A stretch of DNA of 64,000 nucleotides, taken from the NCBI GenBank assembly GCA_963771275.1, contig CAVYSW010000003.1, positions 1,024,001-1,088,000 of the forward strand. Direction: 5' to 3'. Numbering within the stretch: position 1 is the stretch's first letter; every line of letters begins with the position of its first letter. Below the pieces are notes generated by a model. The model saw only the letters and a list, made by a program, of their open reading frames with translations, did not search any database and was not told the DNA's origin. This stretch comes from an uncultured Gemmatimonadales bacterium (GTDB lineage Bacteria > Gemmatimonadota > Gemmatimonadetes > Gemmatimonadales > GWC2-71-9). Both the position numbers and the translations under genes were made by a program. Shown in pieces: positions 18,091 to 27,703 of the stretch.

Positions 18091-18636
18091 TTACTGGGTC
18101 ACGACGGGCAGTTTGAAGCCCATGGCGGCGGCGAAGCGCGCGGCAGCGGATTGGTACACGGCGAGCAGATGCTGCACTTGGGCGGTGCGGTAGCGAGCCC
18201 ACTCGCGCACCGTGTCGGCTTGGGCCCCCGGCCCCGCTGGGCCAAGCCCGCGCACGCACTCTTGATCGAGGCCGGTGTCGAGTGCGCGAATCGCCATCCC
18301 GAGCGAGTCCCTCGCCGCGGCAAGTCGGACGCCTCCGCGCGCGCGCGCGAGGGCGGGGAGCGCCTCACGCAGCGGCGGGCGCGCCGCGGCGCAGGTGCGG
18401 GACAGGCGCTCCGCCTTCGCCAGCACCGTCGCGTCTCCCGCGGTCTGCAGGTCGCGTCGCAGCTCGTTGGCGCTGGTGGAGACGGCGTTCAATGCGTCGC
18501 GCAGCCCCTCGAGCATCCCGCGGTAGTACTGCGCCGCGCTGTCGAGTGGGGGGTCCTGCCTGGGGGGCGTCACCACCTGCAGCGCCTGCGACGAGGCCGG
18601 CCCGAGCACCGCGAGCAACAGGACCCAGGGCCTCAC
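18091..18636 (-). CDS. Exported helical hypothetical protein
   Basis: Signal peptide (RPWVLLLAVLGPASSQA); GTGA overlap with the upstream gene. Confidence 0.65.
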   Translation of the reverse strand: MRPWVLLLAVLGPASSQALQVVTPPRQDPPLDSAAQYYRGMLEGLRDALNAVSTSANELRRDLQTAGDATVLAKAERLSRTCAAARPPLREALPALARARGGVRLAAARDSLGMAIRALDTGLDQECVRGLGPAGPGAQADTVREWARYRTAQVQHLLAVYQSAAARFAAAMGFKLPVVTQ

Positions 18637-19250
18637 GTCTCGCCGCCCACTTCCTCGTACACGAACGGATCACCGCCGCGGCGCGGCGCGAACAGCATGC
18701 CGGCGGCGCTGACCGCGAACCAGCCGGCGATCAGTTGATTGGAGACCTGCGGTGGCTGTCCGTGAAACAGGGCGGCGAGCCAGCGTCTGACGTGGCGCAG
18801 CTCGGGCGCGCGCTTCGACAGCGCCGAAAGAACGGCCCCGCCGCCTTGAGTAGCCCGGAGGAAGTGGGCCAGCGCGTGTGCCCGCTGCGCGAACTCGAAC
18901 GCCCGGACGCCGGGCTCGTCATACAACAGGCTGCCTTCGTAGGGATCGGCGGGCGGTGCGTCCATCCGGGGCCCGATGTAGACGAACACCCGCCGGCCAT
19001 CGCGGCGTCGCTCGACCATCGCCGCGGCGGTCTCTCCGAGACGGGCCGCATGGACGTGGTCGTCCTCATTGAGGATCCCGACTGCCAGGGTCCACTCCAG
19101 CACGGCCAGCGCGTTATGCAGGGGACAGCCGACCTCGTCGTCGTACGCCACCAAGCGCGGCGCCTCTCCGGCCCGCTGGAAAAAATGCCCCAGCGCGTCC
19201 CCCCGATCGGTGAAGGTGAGCGTCGTGCGTGTCGCGGCTGGTACGGTCAT
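18633..19250 (-). CDS. Hypothetical protein with internal duplication
   Basis: Start re-called at MTVPAAT. Repeated unit FTDRGDALGHFFQRA / FAQRAHALAHFLRAT. Confidence 0.7.
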   Translation of the reverse strand: MTVPAATRTTLTFTDRGDALGHFFQRAGEAPRLVAYDDEVGCPLHNALAVLEWTLAVGILNEDDHVHAARLGETAAAMVERRRDGRRVFVYIGPRMDAPPADPYEGSLLYDEPGVRAFEFAQRAHALAHFLRATQGGGAVLSALSKRAPELRHVRRWLAALFHGQPPQVSNQLIAGWFAVSAAGMLFAPRRGGDPFVYEEVGGET

Positions 19251-19343
19251 GGCCCGAACAACATAACTACCCCTACCCCCCACCAGTAGATCGACCGGCC
19301 GCTCCGCGTGGACGCCGTGTTCCGGGCGCGATAGCTTGAGTGC

Positions 19344-19928
19344 ATGCGCCCGCTGCTCCTGCTCGGCCTGCTCGTGCTGGCCGGTGGCCGCCCCCTCCTC
19401 GCACAGCGCGACTCCGTGCTCGCGCACCGCTGGGTGGGCCTCCATCTCCGGCAGCCCCTCGAGTTCGAGTTCTACGGTGACACGATGCTCGTGGTGAACG
19501 ACGAGCACGTGCTCAACTTCCGGCTCACGAACGACTCGCTCATCGCCACCGGTGACACGTCGGTGATCGGTCGCTACCGGCTCGTGCTCAGCCGCCTGCT
19601 GTTCGAGACGTCCGAGGAGTTGGTGACGATGGCGATGCAGAGCCCGCTCGCCCGGCCCCTCACCGGCCACTGGACCGGTCCGCTCGGCACCAGCACCGCG
19701 AACGACGCGGAGCTGATCATCTTCACCTCGGGAATCGCCCGCTGGCGGCAGCTCCCCAACGGGCGATGGACGGACGGGGAGTGGGACCGGGAAACGCGCC
19801 TGATCACGTTCACGTGGGCCGACAGCACCGAATGGCACGGGCAGTACGATCCGGTCGGCAACGCGATCCTGTTCGAGCGGACCGTCGAGGGAGGCGAGAG
19901 CACGATCCTGCGCCGCTTCTTCCGCTAG
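19344..19928 (+). CDS. Exported beta-rich hypothetical protein
   Basis: Signal peptide (RPLLLLGLLVLAGG..AQ); TGGACG-17-TAGCTT promoter ends 6 nt before the ATG. Confidence 0.7.
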   Translation: MRPLLLLGLLVLAGGRPLLAQRDSVLAHRWVGLHLRQPLEFEFYGDTMLVVNDEHVLNFRLTNDSLIATGDTSVIGRYRLVLSRLLFETSEELVTMAMQSPLARPLTGHWTGPLGTSTANDAELIIFTSGIARWRQLPNGRWTDGEWDRETRLITFTWADSTEWHGQYDPVGNAILFERTVEGGESTILRRFFR

Positions 19929-20013
19929 CCACACGATTTCCCGCATTGCCTCCGCGCCGCCCGCAGGCTAATCTTGCCTCGCCCGCCCCGCATCTGACTG
20001 GGAGACCGCCGTC

Positions 20014-21147
20014 GTGTCGCTCGCTTCCCGCCTGATCGTTCCCGCCCTGTTGGCGTGCGGCGCCCTCAGCACGGGATGCAGCGGCGAGCGCGGGGCCATC
20101 CGGCTCGGGCTCGCCGGACCGTTTGCCGAGCCGCGTGGCCGGTCCATGCGGCTCGCCGCCGAGCTCGCGGTGGGCGAGATCAACGCCGCCGGTGGCGTCC
20201 GGGGTCGCGCGCTCGAGCTCGTTGTCCTCGACGACCAGGCCGATGCGGTGCGGGCCGTCAGCGTCGCCCGCCAGCTGTCCGATGATCCCTCCGTCGTCGC
20301 GGTGATCGGGCACCTCACCAGCGGGGCGACGATCGCGGCCAGCGCGGTCTACAACATGGGCCTCCACCCCGTCCCGGTGATTTCCCCGTCCGCGTCGAGT
20401 CCGCTGCTGAGCGGGGCCGGGCCCTACACGTTCCGCACCTGTCCGACCGATCTGGCCCACGGCACACGACTGGCGCAATGGGCCGTCGACCGGCTCCACG
20501 CCCAGCGTGCCGCCATCCTGTTTCTCAACGACGAGTACGGCCGCGGCGTGCGGGGGGTGTTCGCGCAGCAGTTCACGGGCCGCGGCGGACGGATCGTGGC
20601 CGACGACCCGTACCTCGACGAGTTGCCGAGCTTCGAGCCGTATCTCGAACGGATCCGGCGGCGCGGCGGCACGGATGTCCTGCTGATCGCGGGCACACGA
20701 CCGGGCACGGAACGCATCCTCCAGGCGCTTCACGCAGTGGGGTTGCGGCCGGCCGTGCTCGCGGGCGACGGCATTGCCGGCATCGAAGCGACCGGCCCGC
20801 TCGCGGAGGGGACGTTCGTTTCGGCGGCATACCTCCCCGACCAGCCTGGGCAGGCGAACGCCGAGTTCGTCCGCGCGTACCGGGCCGCCTACAACGGCCA
20901 GGAGCCCGACCACCGTGGCGCGGGGGCCTACGACATCGTGCAGCTGCTCGCCCGCGCGATTCGGGAGGTGGGACCTGATCGCGCGAAGCTGCGAGACTAC
21001 CTCGCGGGCGTGGGGTCCGCGACGGAAGCGTACGACGGCGTGACGGGGCGGATCGCGTTCGACGCCCACGGCGACGTGCCGGGCAGGGACGTGGTGATCG
21101 GCGTGGTGCGCGGCGGGCGCCTGGTATCCGCGCAGGACCGGCCGTGA
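20014..21147 (+). CDS. Branched-chain amino acid-type periplasmic binding lipoprotein (LivJ/LivK-like)
   Basis: Lipobox [34 protein letters not shown] and GVTGRIAFD motifs. Confidence 0.9.
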   Translation: MSLASRLIVPALLACGALSTGCSGERGAIRLGLAGPFAEPRGRSMRLAAELAVGEINAAGGVRGRALELVVLDDQADAVRAVSVARQLSDDPSVVAVIGHLTSGATIAASAVYNMGLHPVPVISPSASSPLLSGAGPYTFRTCPTDLAHGTRLAQWAVDRLHAQRAAILFLNDEYGRGVRGVFAQQFTGRGGRIVADDPYLDELPSFEPYLERIRRRGGTDVLLIAGTRPGTERILQALHAVGLRPAVLAGDGIAGIEATGPLAEGTFVSAAYLPDQPGQANAEFVRAYRAAYNGQEPDHRGAGAYDIVQLLARAIREVGPDRAKLRDYLAGVGSATEAYDGVTGRIAFDAHGDVPGRDVVIGVVRGGRLVSAQDRP

Positions 21148-22856
21148 CGGGACCGTTCGCCGCCCTCAACACGATCCGCGGCCGGATCGTGATCGCCGGA
21201 GCCGCCGTCGCGGCGGGACTGGTGCCCATTGCGGTGATCGGCATCGGAGCCCTGTCCACGATCAGCTCGACGATCGGCACGGAGCTGGCGCTGCTGCAGC
21301 GGGTCTCGGGGCTCAGCAGCGCGCTCGCCGCGAACGTGTCGGACGAGATCCGCAGTGCCGAGCAGTACCTCACGGCGCGCGATCCGGAAACGGAGCAGCG
21401 ATTCCGCGAGGCCGCGACGGCGGTGTACGAGCTGCAGCACAGCCTGGCCGGGATCGCCGAGCTGGCCCCCGCCGAGCGGCGCGCCGCGACCCGCATTGGG
21501 ACGCTGCAGGCGCAGGCCGAGGTGCGCTACGAATACGCCCACGCGCTCACCGATCTCGGGCGGCCCGGCGAGGCGGTGGCCGCCGCCGCCAATGCCCGAG
21601 AGCCGGCCGACCGACTGGTCCAGGAAGCGCGGACCATCAGTGCAGCCCAGGCGCTCCGCTCCCAGTCTGCGGGCGAGCGGCTCGCGGCGGCGGCCGACGG
21701 GCGGCTCCAGGTGGTGCTCGCCGTCCTGGTGGTGACCGCACTCATCGGCGGTGGGATTGCCGTGGCATTGTACCGGTCCATCGACCGACCCCTGCGGCAG
21801 GTGGTTGACGTCGCCCATCGGTTCGGCGACGGCGATCTCCGACCGATGCCGATCGAGGCCGCCGCGATGCCTCGCGAGCTCGCCGACCTTGCGGGGGCGA
21901 TCGAGCGGGTCGGGAACCGGCTGCGCACGATGGTAGGCGGGCTAATCGCTGAAAGCGACCGGATGTCCGCGGCGGCGGGCGATCTGTCGGCCGTGAGCGA
22001 ACAGCTCGCCGCCTCGGCCAGCGAAGTGACGACCTCCATGATGGAGGTGACTGGGGGCGCCGAGCGCCAGGCGGCGGGACTCGATCGGGGGATGGCCCAG
22101 ATGGAACGGCTGGCGGCGGCGGCGGCGGCCAACGCGGAGCTGGCTCGGCTGGTGGCCCGTCAGGGCGCCGAGATCCACCGGTTGGCGGCAATCCACCAGC
22201 GCGATATCGCCGGGGCGGCAACCACCCTCGGCGAGGTCCAGGCGGTGGTCGAGCATAGCGCGACGCAGGTGGAGCATCTCGAGCGGCTCTCGGTGGCGAT
22301 CGACGACTTCGTCGACTTGATCAAGCGCATCTCGTCGCAGACGAACCTGCTGGCCCTCAACGCCGCCATCGAGGCCGCGCGCGCAGGCGAGCGGGGATCG
22401 GGATTCGCGGTGGTAGCTGAGGAAGTCCGCGAGCTCGCCGATTCGAGCCAGCAGGCGGCCGAGGAGGTCACCGCCACCATCCGCACCGTGCGCCAGCAGA
22501 CCGCGGAAGTCGCCAACACCATGGCGGTCGGCCGCACCAAGGTGTCGGGTATCGGACACGTTGCCACGGGAGCCGCCAAAGCGCTCGACCAGATGCTCAC
22601 GGGCATCCAGGAGATTGAGCAGGCCGCTCAGCGCGTGACGACCGAAGCGGAGACCAACCTCGCGGCCGCGCGCGAGGTGAGCGGCGTGCTCCGGTCGGTG
22701 TCCGAGGCCGCGAGCCAGCATGCCGCCGCCGCGGAGCAGGTCACAGCCGCCGCGGAGGAACAGGGCGCTTCGACCGAGGAAATGGCGGCCCAGGCGAACG
22801 AGCTGAGCCAGGTCGCCGAGCGGCTGCGCAAGCTGGTGGAGGGATTTACCGTCTAG
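21144..22856 (+). CDS. Methyl-accepting chemotaxis protein
   Basis: Two TM segments, HAMP domain, and signalling hairpin [37 protein letters not shown]. Confidence 0.95.
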   Translation: MTGPFAALNTIRGRIVIAGAAVAAGLVPIAVIGIGALSTISSTIGTELALLQRVSGLSSALAANVSDEIRSAEQYLTARDPETEQRFREAATAVYELQHSLAGIAELAPAERRAATRIGTLQAQAEVRYEYAHALTDLGRPGEAVAAAANAREPADRLVQEARTISAAQALRSQSAGERLAAAADGRLQVVLAVLVVTALIGGGIAVALYRSIDRPLRQVVDVAHRFGDGDLRPMPIEAAAMPRELADLAGAIERVGNRLRTMVGGLIAESDRMSAAAGDLSAVSEQLAASASEVTTSMMEVTGGAERQAAGLDRGMAQMERLAAAAAANAELARLVARQGAEIHRLAAIHQRDIAGAATTLGEVQAVVEHSATQVEHLERLSVAIDDFVDLIKRISSQTNLLALNAAIEAARAGERGSGFAVVAEEVRELADSSQQAAEEVTATIRTVRQQTAEVANTMAVGRTKVSGIGHVATGAAKALDQMLTGIQEIEQAAQRVTTEAETNLAAAREVSGVLRSVSEAASQHAAAAEQVTAAAEEQGASTEEMAAQANELSQVAERLRKLVEGFTV

Positions 22857-23258
22857 CTAGCGGTGCTTCTTGGCGGGCTTGGCCCCGGCCTTCTTAACGG
22901 GTCTCCGCTGTGCGGCCTTCCGGGCCCGCGGCCTGCGACCCGGCCCCGTTCGCGGGGTCGCCTTCTGACCCTGCTGCCTAGCCGCCTTCTTCTCCGCCCG
23001 GGCCCGCCGACGCGCTTCGCCTTCGGCACCTCGGACATCCGCGAGCACCTGCTCACCTTCGGTGGCTCCAATGAGGCCCCGGCGGACCGAGTACTGGACC
23101 AACTCATCCGCCTCGGCGTACGCGAACGGCCGCAGTTGCGCCCCCGCGCGGATCATGTTCACCATGGCATCAGCCACCGGCGACCGCAGGACGTTGCGGA
23201 TGCCGGGCACACTCTCGAGGAGCGCGGAAATCTGTGACCCGCCTAGGTCGGCCGCCAT
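22857..23258 (-). CDS. Hypothetical protein with basic Lys/Ala/Pro-rich C-terminal tail
   Basis: SD GGAG upstream; tail KKAARQQ...KKAGAKPAKKHR; promoter TTGACG-17-TAGGTT on the minus strand (23332-23304). Confidence 0.75.
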   Translation of the reverse strand: MAADLGGSQISALLESVPGIRNVLRSPVADAMVNMIRAGAQLRPFAYAEADELVQYSVRRGLIGATEGEQVLADVRGAEGEARRRARAEKKAARQQGQKATPRTGPGRRPRARKAAQRRPVKKAGAKPAKKHR

Positions 23259-23381
23259 GCAGGCTCCTTCTCAGCCACGGCGAAGGACTTAATTCGAGGC
23301 GCCAACCTAGTCGGTCCGGGAGGCTACGTCAAGCCGGACGTTTTCGGCGGACATATCGCTAATAAATTGCAGGTCAATCAG

Positions 23382-23681
23382 TTACGTGCTGTCGGACTGG
23401 CCGACTGCGCGGGGGCGCCGCGACCGAGTCCGGTGCACCGGCCTGGGGCCAGGGGACGTGGCGCGCCGAGCGATCCGCCATTCCGACTGCGCCAGTAGCC
23501 CCGCCAGGACGCGCCGTGTGCGCAGATCGACCGGCAGGTCCAGATGCAGATCGAGCCGGTAGTCGGCACCGTCTGCGCCACGTCCGTCGAGCACGAACCC
23601 CGATGGGCTCGGCAGGACCGTATCCACTTCCACTTCGGCGACTGGCACGAAGGGTGGTGTGCCGTCTTCGCGGTTCTCCAT
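23382..23681 (-). CDS. Hypothetical protein (99 aa)
   Basis: SD AGGAG before the ATG; TTGACG-16-TATATC upstream on the minus strand. Confidence 0.6.
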   Translation of the reverse strand: MENREDGTPPFVPVAEVEVDTVLPSPSGFVLDGRGADGADYRLDLHLDLPVDLRTRRVLAGLLAQSEWRIARRATSPGPRPVHRTRSRRPRAVGQSDST

Positions 23682-23809
23682 GGCGTCGCTCCTGCGCGGG
23701 AGGACTCGCCGGGGATATACGCCTTAGCGGCGGTACGTCAAGGGGATAGCTCGATCTAGCGGTTTGCCCCGACCTGCCTCGCGGGATAGATTGGGTCGTC
23801 CGACCGCGT

Positions 23810-24097
23810 ATGGTTCCACTGTCGAAGGAGTCTCCCGTGGGACGTCGTGGCATCAAGGAGTATCGCGCCCCCGAGGCGCTGCAGCTGATCCTCGCAGACC
23901 GTGATCGCCTGCCGTTGATCTGCCCGTCGTGTGGCGAGGATTCAATCGAACGAACCCCGAAACGCCGTTCACGCCCGCTGGGGTGGGGGATTGACCGGCA
24001 CCAGGTCTCCCTGCGGTGCACCGCCTGCGGGCGTCACGCAGCGTACGTGCCCGAGGCGGTGACGCAGCCTTCGGAGCTGGAGCTCAGCACGTTGTAG
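23810..24097 (+). CDS. Small zinc-ribbon protein
   Basis: CPSC...CTAC cysteine pairs. The true start may be GTG 23837, after an AAGGAG. Confidence 0.6.
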   Translation: MVPLSKESPVGRRGIKEYRAPEALQLILADRDRLPLICPSCGEDSIERTPKRRSRPLGWGIDRHQVSLRCTACGRHAAYVPEAVTQPSELELSTL

Positions 24098-24147
24098 GCT
24101 GTGGCGGGGGGTGTCCGGGCGCCGGCTCCCGGCGTCCGGTTATCAGG

Positions 24148-24864
24148 TCATTCCGGTATTGAGAGAATCCGCTTCCAGCGCACGGCTGTGAGGAACGGTA
24201 GCGGGAGCGGTCCGTTCCGGTCATAGCTGTAGTAGACGAGAAACGGGTGGCCCCGAATGCGATCGCGGCCGAGGAACCCCCAATACCTGGAGTCGTAGGA
24301 GTCGTCGCGGTTGTCCCCCATGACGAAGAAGGAGTCGGGCGGCACGACGACCGGGCCCCAGGTCTTGAGGCTCGGGTGGTAGCCGGCCGCGTCGGCCCCG
24401 ACATAGTACGGCAGCTGCCACGCCCGCATGGCGGGGTCCGCCGGGTCCAGATCGGGGTTGCGTCGCTCGACGTACGGCTCCTCGACGGCGACCCCGTTGC
24501 GCCGGAGGACGTTGGCCCGCATCGCCAGGGTGTCACCGGCCACGCCGACGACGCGCTTCACGACCGTCAGGCCGGGATCCTCGACCGAGGCGAAGACCAC
24601 GAGGTCGCCGCGTTGCGGATCGCGAAGGGCCGGGAGGTGCTTCCGGACGACGGGGATCTCGGCGCCGTACAGGGCCTTGTTCACGAACAGGAAATCCCCG
24701 ATCAGCAGGGTCCGCTCCATGCTGCCGGACGGCCAGATGTGGAAGCCTTCGATCACGAACGTCCGCAGCACGAGGAACAGCGCCAGCGGCCCGATCAGCG
24801 ACCGCAGCAGCCGGCCGAGTCGCCGCAGAGCGCCTGCCGGGTGACCGGGCCGCCGCCGCGTCAC
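24148..24864 (-). CDS. lepB: Signal peptidase I (paralog 2)
   Basis: Start re-called at GTG 24864 overlapping the upstream stop. Motifs SGSM..TL..GD, VKRVVG.AGD and GDNRDDSYDSRYWG. Confidence 0.92.
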   Translation of the reverse strand: MTRRRPGHPAGALRRLGRLLRSLIGPLALFLVLRTFVIEGFHIWPSGSMERTLLIGDFLFVNKALYGAEIPVVRKHLPALRDPQRGDLVVFASVEDPGLTVVKRVVGVAGDTLAMRANVLRRNGVAVEEPYVERRNPDLDPADPAMRAWQLPYYVGADAAGYHPSLKTWGPVVVPPDSFFVMGDNRDDSYDSRYWGFLGRDRIRGHPFLVYYSYDRNGPLPLPFLTAVRWKRILSIPE

Positions 24865-25583
24865 GACGGTCGGTGGAGCAGGCGTCGCCACCGGATCGCC
24901 GTAAGGAACGGCAGCGGAAGAACGCCGTCGGGGTCGTAGCTGAAGTAGATGATCAGCGGGCGGCCGCGGATCCGGTCGCGCCCCAGGAAGCCCCAGTAGC
25001 GGCTGTCGTAGGAGCTGTCTCGATTGTCGCCCATCACGAGGAACGAATCGGGCGGCACGACGATCGGGCCCCAGTTCTTCAGCGTGGGCCGATAGGTGGC
25101 CGGATCCCGGTCCCGCGTCAGGTAGCGGATCTGCCACGCGCGCATCTTCGGGTCCTCGTGGTCCGCGAGGGGATCGGTCCGGATCACCCACGGCTCGTCC
25201 GCGCGCTTGGCGTTCACGAGGAGCTGGTTGTCCTCCATGGACAGCGTGTCGCCAGGCATGCCGACGACCCGCTTCACCACGGTGAGCCGCGGCTCCTCGA
25301 CCGACTTGAAGATCACGAGGTCATTGCGCCGCGGGTTGCGGAACGCGGGCAGGTGCACGCCGGTGAAGGGAATCTCCGCCCCGTACAGCGCCTTGTTCAC
25401 GAACAGCCAGTCGCCGATCAGCAACGTGTTCTCCATGCTGCCCGACGGGATCCGGAAGCCCTCAATCAGGAACGTTCGCACCACGAGGAAGATCGCCACC
25501 GCGATCGCCACGGACTTGATCCACTCCTTGAGCTTGGAGGGCTGGTCGCCGCCCTGTTCCGTCGCTGCCGTGCGTTTTGTCAT
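24861..25583 (-). CDS. lepB: Signal peptidase I (paralog 1)
   Basis: IPSGSMENTLLIGD, VKRVVGMPGD and GDNRDSSYDSRYWG motifs. Confidence 0.95.
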   Translation of the reverse strand: MTKRTAATEQGGDQPSKLKEWIKSVAIAVAIFLVVRTFLIEGFRIPSGSMENTLLIGDWLFVNKALYGAEIPFTGVHLPAFRNPRRNDLVIFKSVEEPRLTVVKRVVGMPGDTLSMEDNQLLVNAKRADEPWVIRTDPLADHEDPKMRAWQIRYLTRDRDPATYRPTLKNWGPIVVPPDSFLVMGDNRDSSYDSRYWGFLGRDRIRGRPLIIYFSYDPDGVLPLPFLTAIRWRRLLHRPS

Positions 25584-25592
25584 GATCAGCCG

Positions 25593-26681
25593 TCACTGCC
25601 CCTGCGGGTGTTCCACCCAGTCGGCGATGAAGATGTTCGTTTCCCCTGGCACCGATCCATAACGGTTCGACGCGAATACGAGTTTCGTCCCGTCGGGAGA
25701 GAAGATCGGGAATCCGTCGAAGTCGGGGTGGGTGGTGATCTGCGTGACGCCCGTGCCATCGAGATTCACCAGGAACAGGTCGAAGTTGCGGCCCTGCGGG
25801 TCGCGGTGATTGGACGCGAAGATGATCCGCTTGCCGTCGGGGTGGAAATACGGCGCGAAATTCGCGCCGCCCAGCGACGTCACCTGCCGCTGGTCGGACC
25901 CGTCCGCGTTCATCACCCAGATCTCCAGATCGGTCGGCCGGACCAGGCCCTGGGCGAGCAGTGCTCGGTACTGCGCCACCTCCGCGTCGGTCGTGGGGCG
26001 CTGCGAGCGGTACACGATCAGCCGGCCGTCGGGCGAGTAGAACGGCCCGCCGTCGTAGCCCACGCTGGTGGTGAGCCGCCGCACGTCGCTGCCGTCCACG
26101 TTCATCGTGTAGATGTCGAGGTCGCCGTCGCGGGTCGACGTGAACACGATCCGGGAGCCGTCGGGCGACAGCGTGGCTTCCGCGTCGTAGCCCGGGCTGT
26201 CCGTGAGTCGCTGGAGGTCGCTGCCGTCGGGCTTGGCGGTGTAGATGTCGAAGTCCGGGATCGCCCACACGTAGCCCTTCGAGTAGTCGGGCCGGGGCGG
26301 GCACGCGGGACTCAGGTTGAACGTGGAGGAATACAGGACGCGCGCGCCGCCGTCGTAGAAGTAGCCGCAGGTCGTCCGCCCGAGACCGTTGGAGATGCGG
26401 TGCAGTCCGGTCCCGTCGACGTTCATGATGTATTCCTGATCGCAGCTGGAGTCGGACTCGGTGCGTTGGAGGATCAGCCGTTTCCCGTCGGGCGAGAAGT
26501 ACGCCTCGGCGTTCTGGCCGCCGGCCGTGAGCTGGCGCAGGTTGGCGAGGTGGGTCTCGCCCGGCTCCGCCGCGCGCGCGACGGCCACTGCGGTCTCGGC
26601 CGCCGGCCGATGCCCGCAGGCGAGCACGCCGATCATGATCGCCGGCGCCAGCCGCCGGCCGAGTCTTCCAATGCGTGTCAC
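25593..26681 (-). CDS. TolB-like beta-propeller (PD40 repeat) lipoprotein
   Basis: Lipobox VLAC; repeated FSPDG/SPDG units, GYDAEA and GYDGGPF. Start approximate. Confidence 0.88.
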   Translation of the reverse strand: MTRIGRLGRRLAPAIMIGVLACGHRPAAETAVAVARAAEPGETHLANLRQLTAGGQNAEAYFSPDGKRLILQRTESDSSCDQEYIMNVDGTGLHRISNGLGRTTCGYFYDGGARVLYSSTFNLSPACPPRPDYSKGYVWAIPDFDIYTAKPDGSDLQRLTDSPGYDAEATLSPDGSRIVFTSTRDGDLDIYTMNVDGSDVRRLTTSVGYDGGPFYSPDGRLIVYRSQRPTTDAEVAQYRALLAQGLVRPTDLEIWVMNADGSDQRQVTSLGGANFAPYFHPDGKRIIFASNHRDPQGRNFDLFLVNLDGTGVTQITTHPDFDGFPIFSPDGTKLVFASNRYGSVPGETNIFIADWVEHPQGQ

Positions 26682-26775
26682 GGGAAACGTCCTTCCTCCG
26701 GGTGCCGGGCAGGGGGCGGCCGACAGAAGTATAACCGCGACCCGCACGAGGAGGACTCCGGGATTTCCCGGAGTC

Positions 26776-27690
26776 TCACAACAGCGTTTTGTCGAGCGCC
26801 AGGAGGCCGAGCACCACGGGCAGATAGGCGATCGAGACGACGAACAGGCGGCGGGCGGCGGGAACGCTGTGGCGCCGGGCGGCGGCGAGCGCGGCGCCGA
26901 GGAACCAGCCGCCGGCGAGCACCGCGCCTGCAAAATAGACCGGCCCGGCCAGTCCCAGCAGCGTGGGAAGCAGGCTCACCGGAAGCAGGGCCGCGGCGTA
27001 GAGCGCCGCCTGCCCGAACGTGCGCGTGCCGTCGGGATCGTCCGCGGTCAGCATCCGCAGGCCGGCTCGATGGTAGTCGTCGCGGTACAGCCAGGCGAGC
27101 GCCAGGAAATGGGGCAGCTGCCACAGAAACAGCATCCAGAACAAGGTCCAGGCCGGCAGGACGAGCGGGCTTCCCGATGCCGTCCAGCCGCCGAGGATCG
27201 GCAGCGCGCCGGGGACCGCCCCGATCAGCGTGTTGAGCGACGAGCGCTTCTTGAGCGGCGTGTAGAGGAGCACATACGAGAGCAGCGTCAGGGCGGCGAG
27301 CGCGGCGGTCACGGGGTTCACCAGTACGGCGAGGTACGCCGTCCCGCCAACGCCGAGCGCCGTGGCGAACACGGCTCCGGCACGCCGGCCCAGGCGGCCC
27401 GCCGGGATCGGGCGCGCCGCCGTGCGGCGCATCTGCCCGTCCACGTCCGACTCGGCCACCTGATTGAGCGCACCCGCCCCGGCTGCGACCAGCAGGGTGC
27501 CCACCAGCGTATGGAGCAACACGACCGGGCCGGCCCCACCCGGCACGGCGACGTAGAAGCCCACGGCCGTCGTCAGGGTGACGAGCAGCGCGATCCGCGG
27601 CTTCGTGAGCGCGAAGAAATCGGAGGCGCGCCCGACGCGCGCCGGCAGGGCGGGGCCGGTGGGCGGCGGGGCCACCCCGCCACCCGCCAC
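26776..27690 (-). CDS. cyoE: Protoheme IX farnesyltransferase (heme o synthase)
   Basis: LTKPRI, D..M.RT..RPIP.G, YTPLK and WQLPHF motifs (UbiA family). Confidence 0.93.
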   Translation of the reverse strand: MAGGGVAPPPTGPALPARVGRASDFFALTKPRIALLVTLTTAVGFYVAVPGGAGPVVLLHTLVGTLLVAAGAGALNQVAESDVDGQMRRTAARPIPAGRLGRRAGAVFATALGVGGTAYLAVLVNPVTAALAALTLLSYVLLYTPLKKRSSLNTLIGAVPGALPILGGWTASGSPLVLPAWTLFWMLFLWQLPHFLALAWLYRDDYHRAGLRMLTADDPDGTRTFGQAALYAAALLPVSLLPTLLGLAGPVYFAGAVLAGGWFLGAALAAARRHSVPAARRLFVVSIAYLPVVLGLLALDKTLL

Positions 27691-27703
27691 ACCCTCGACG
27701 CGG

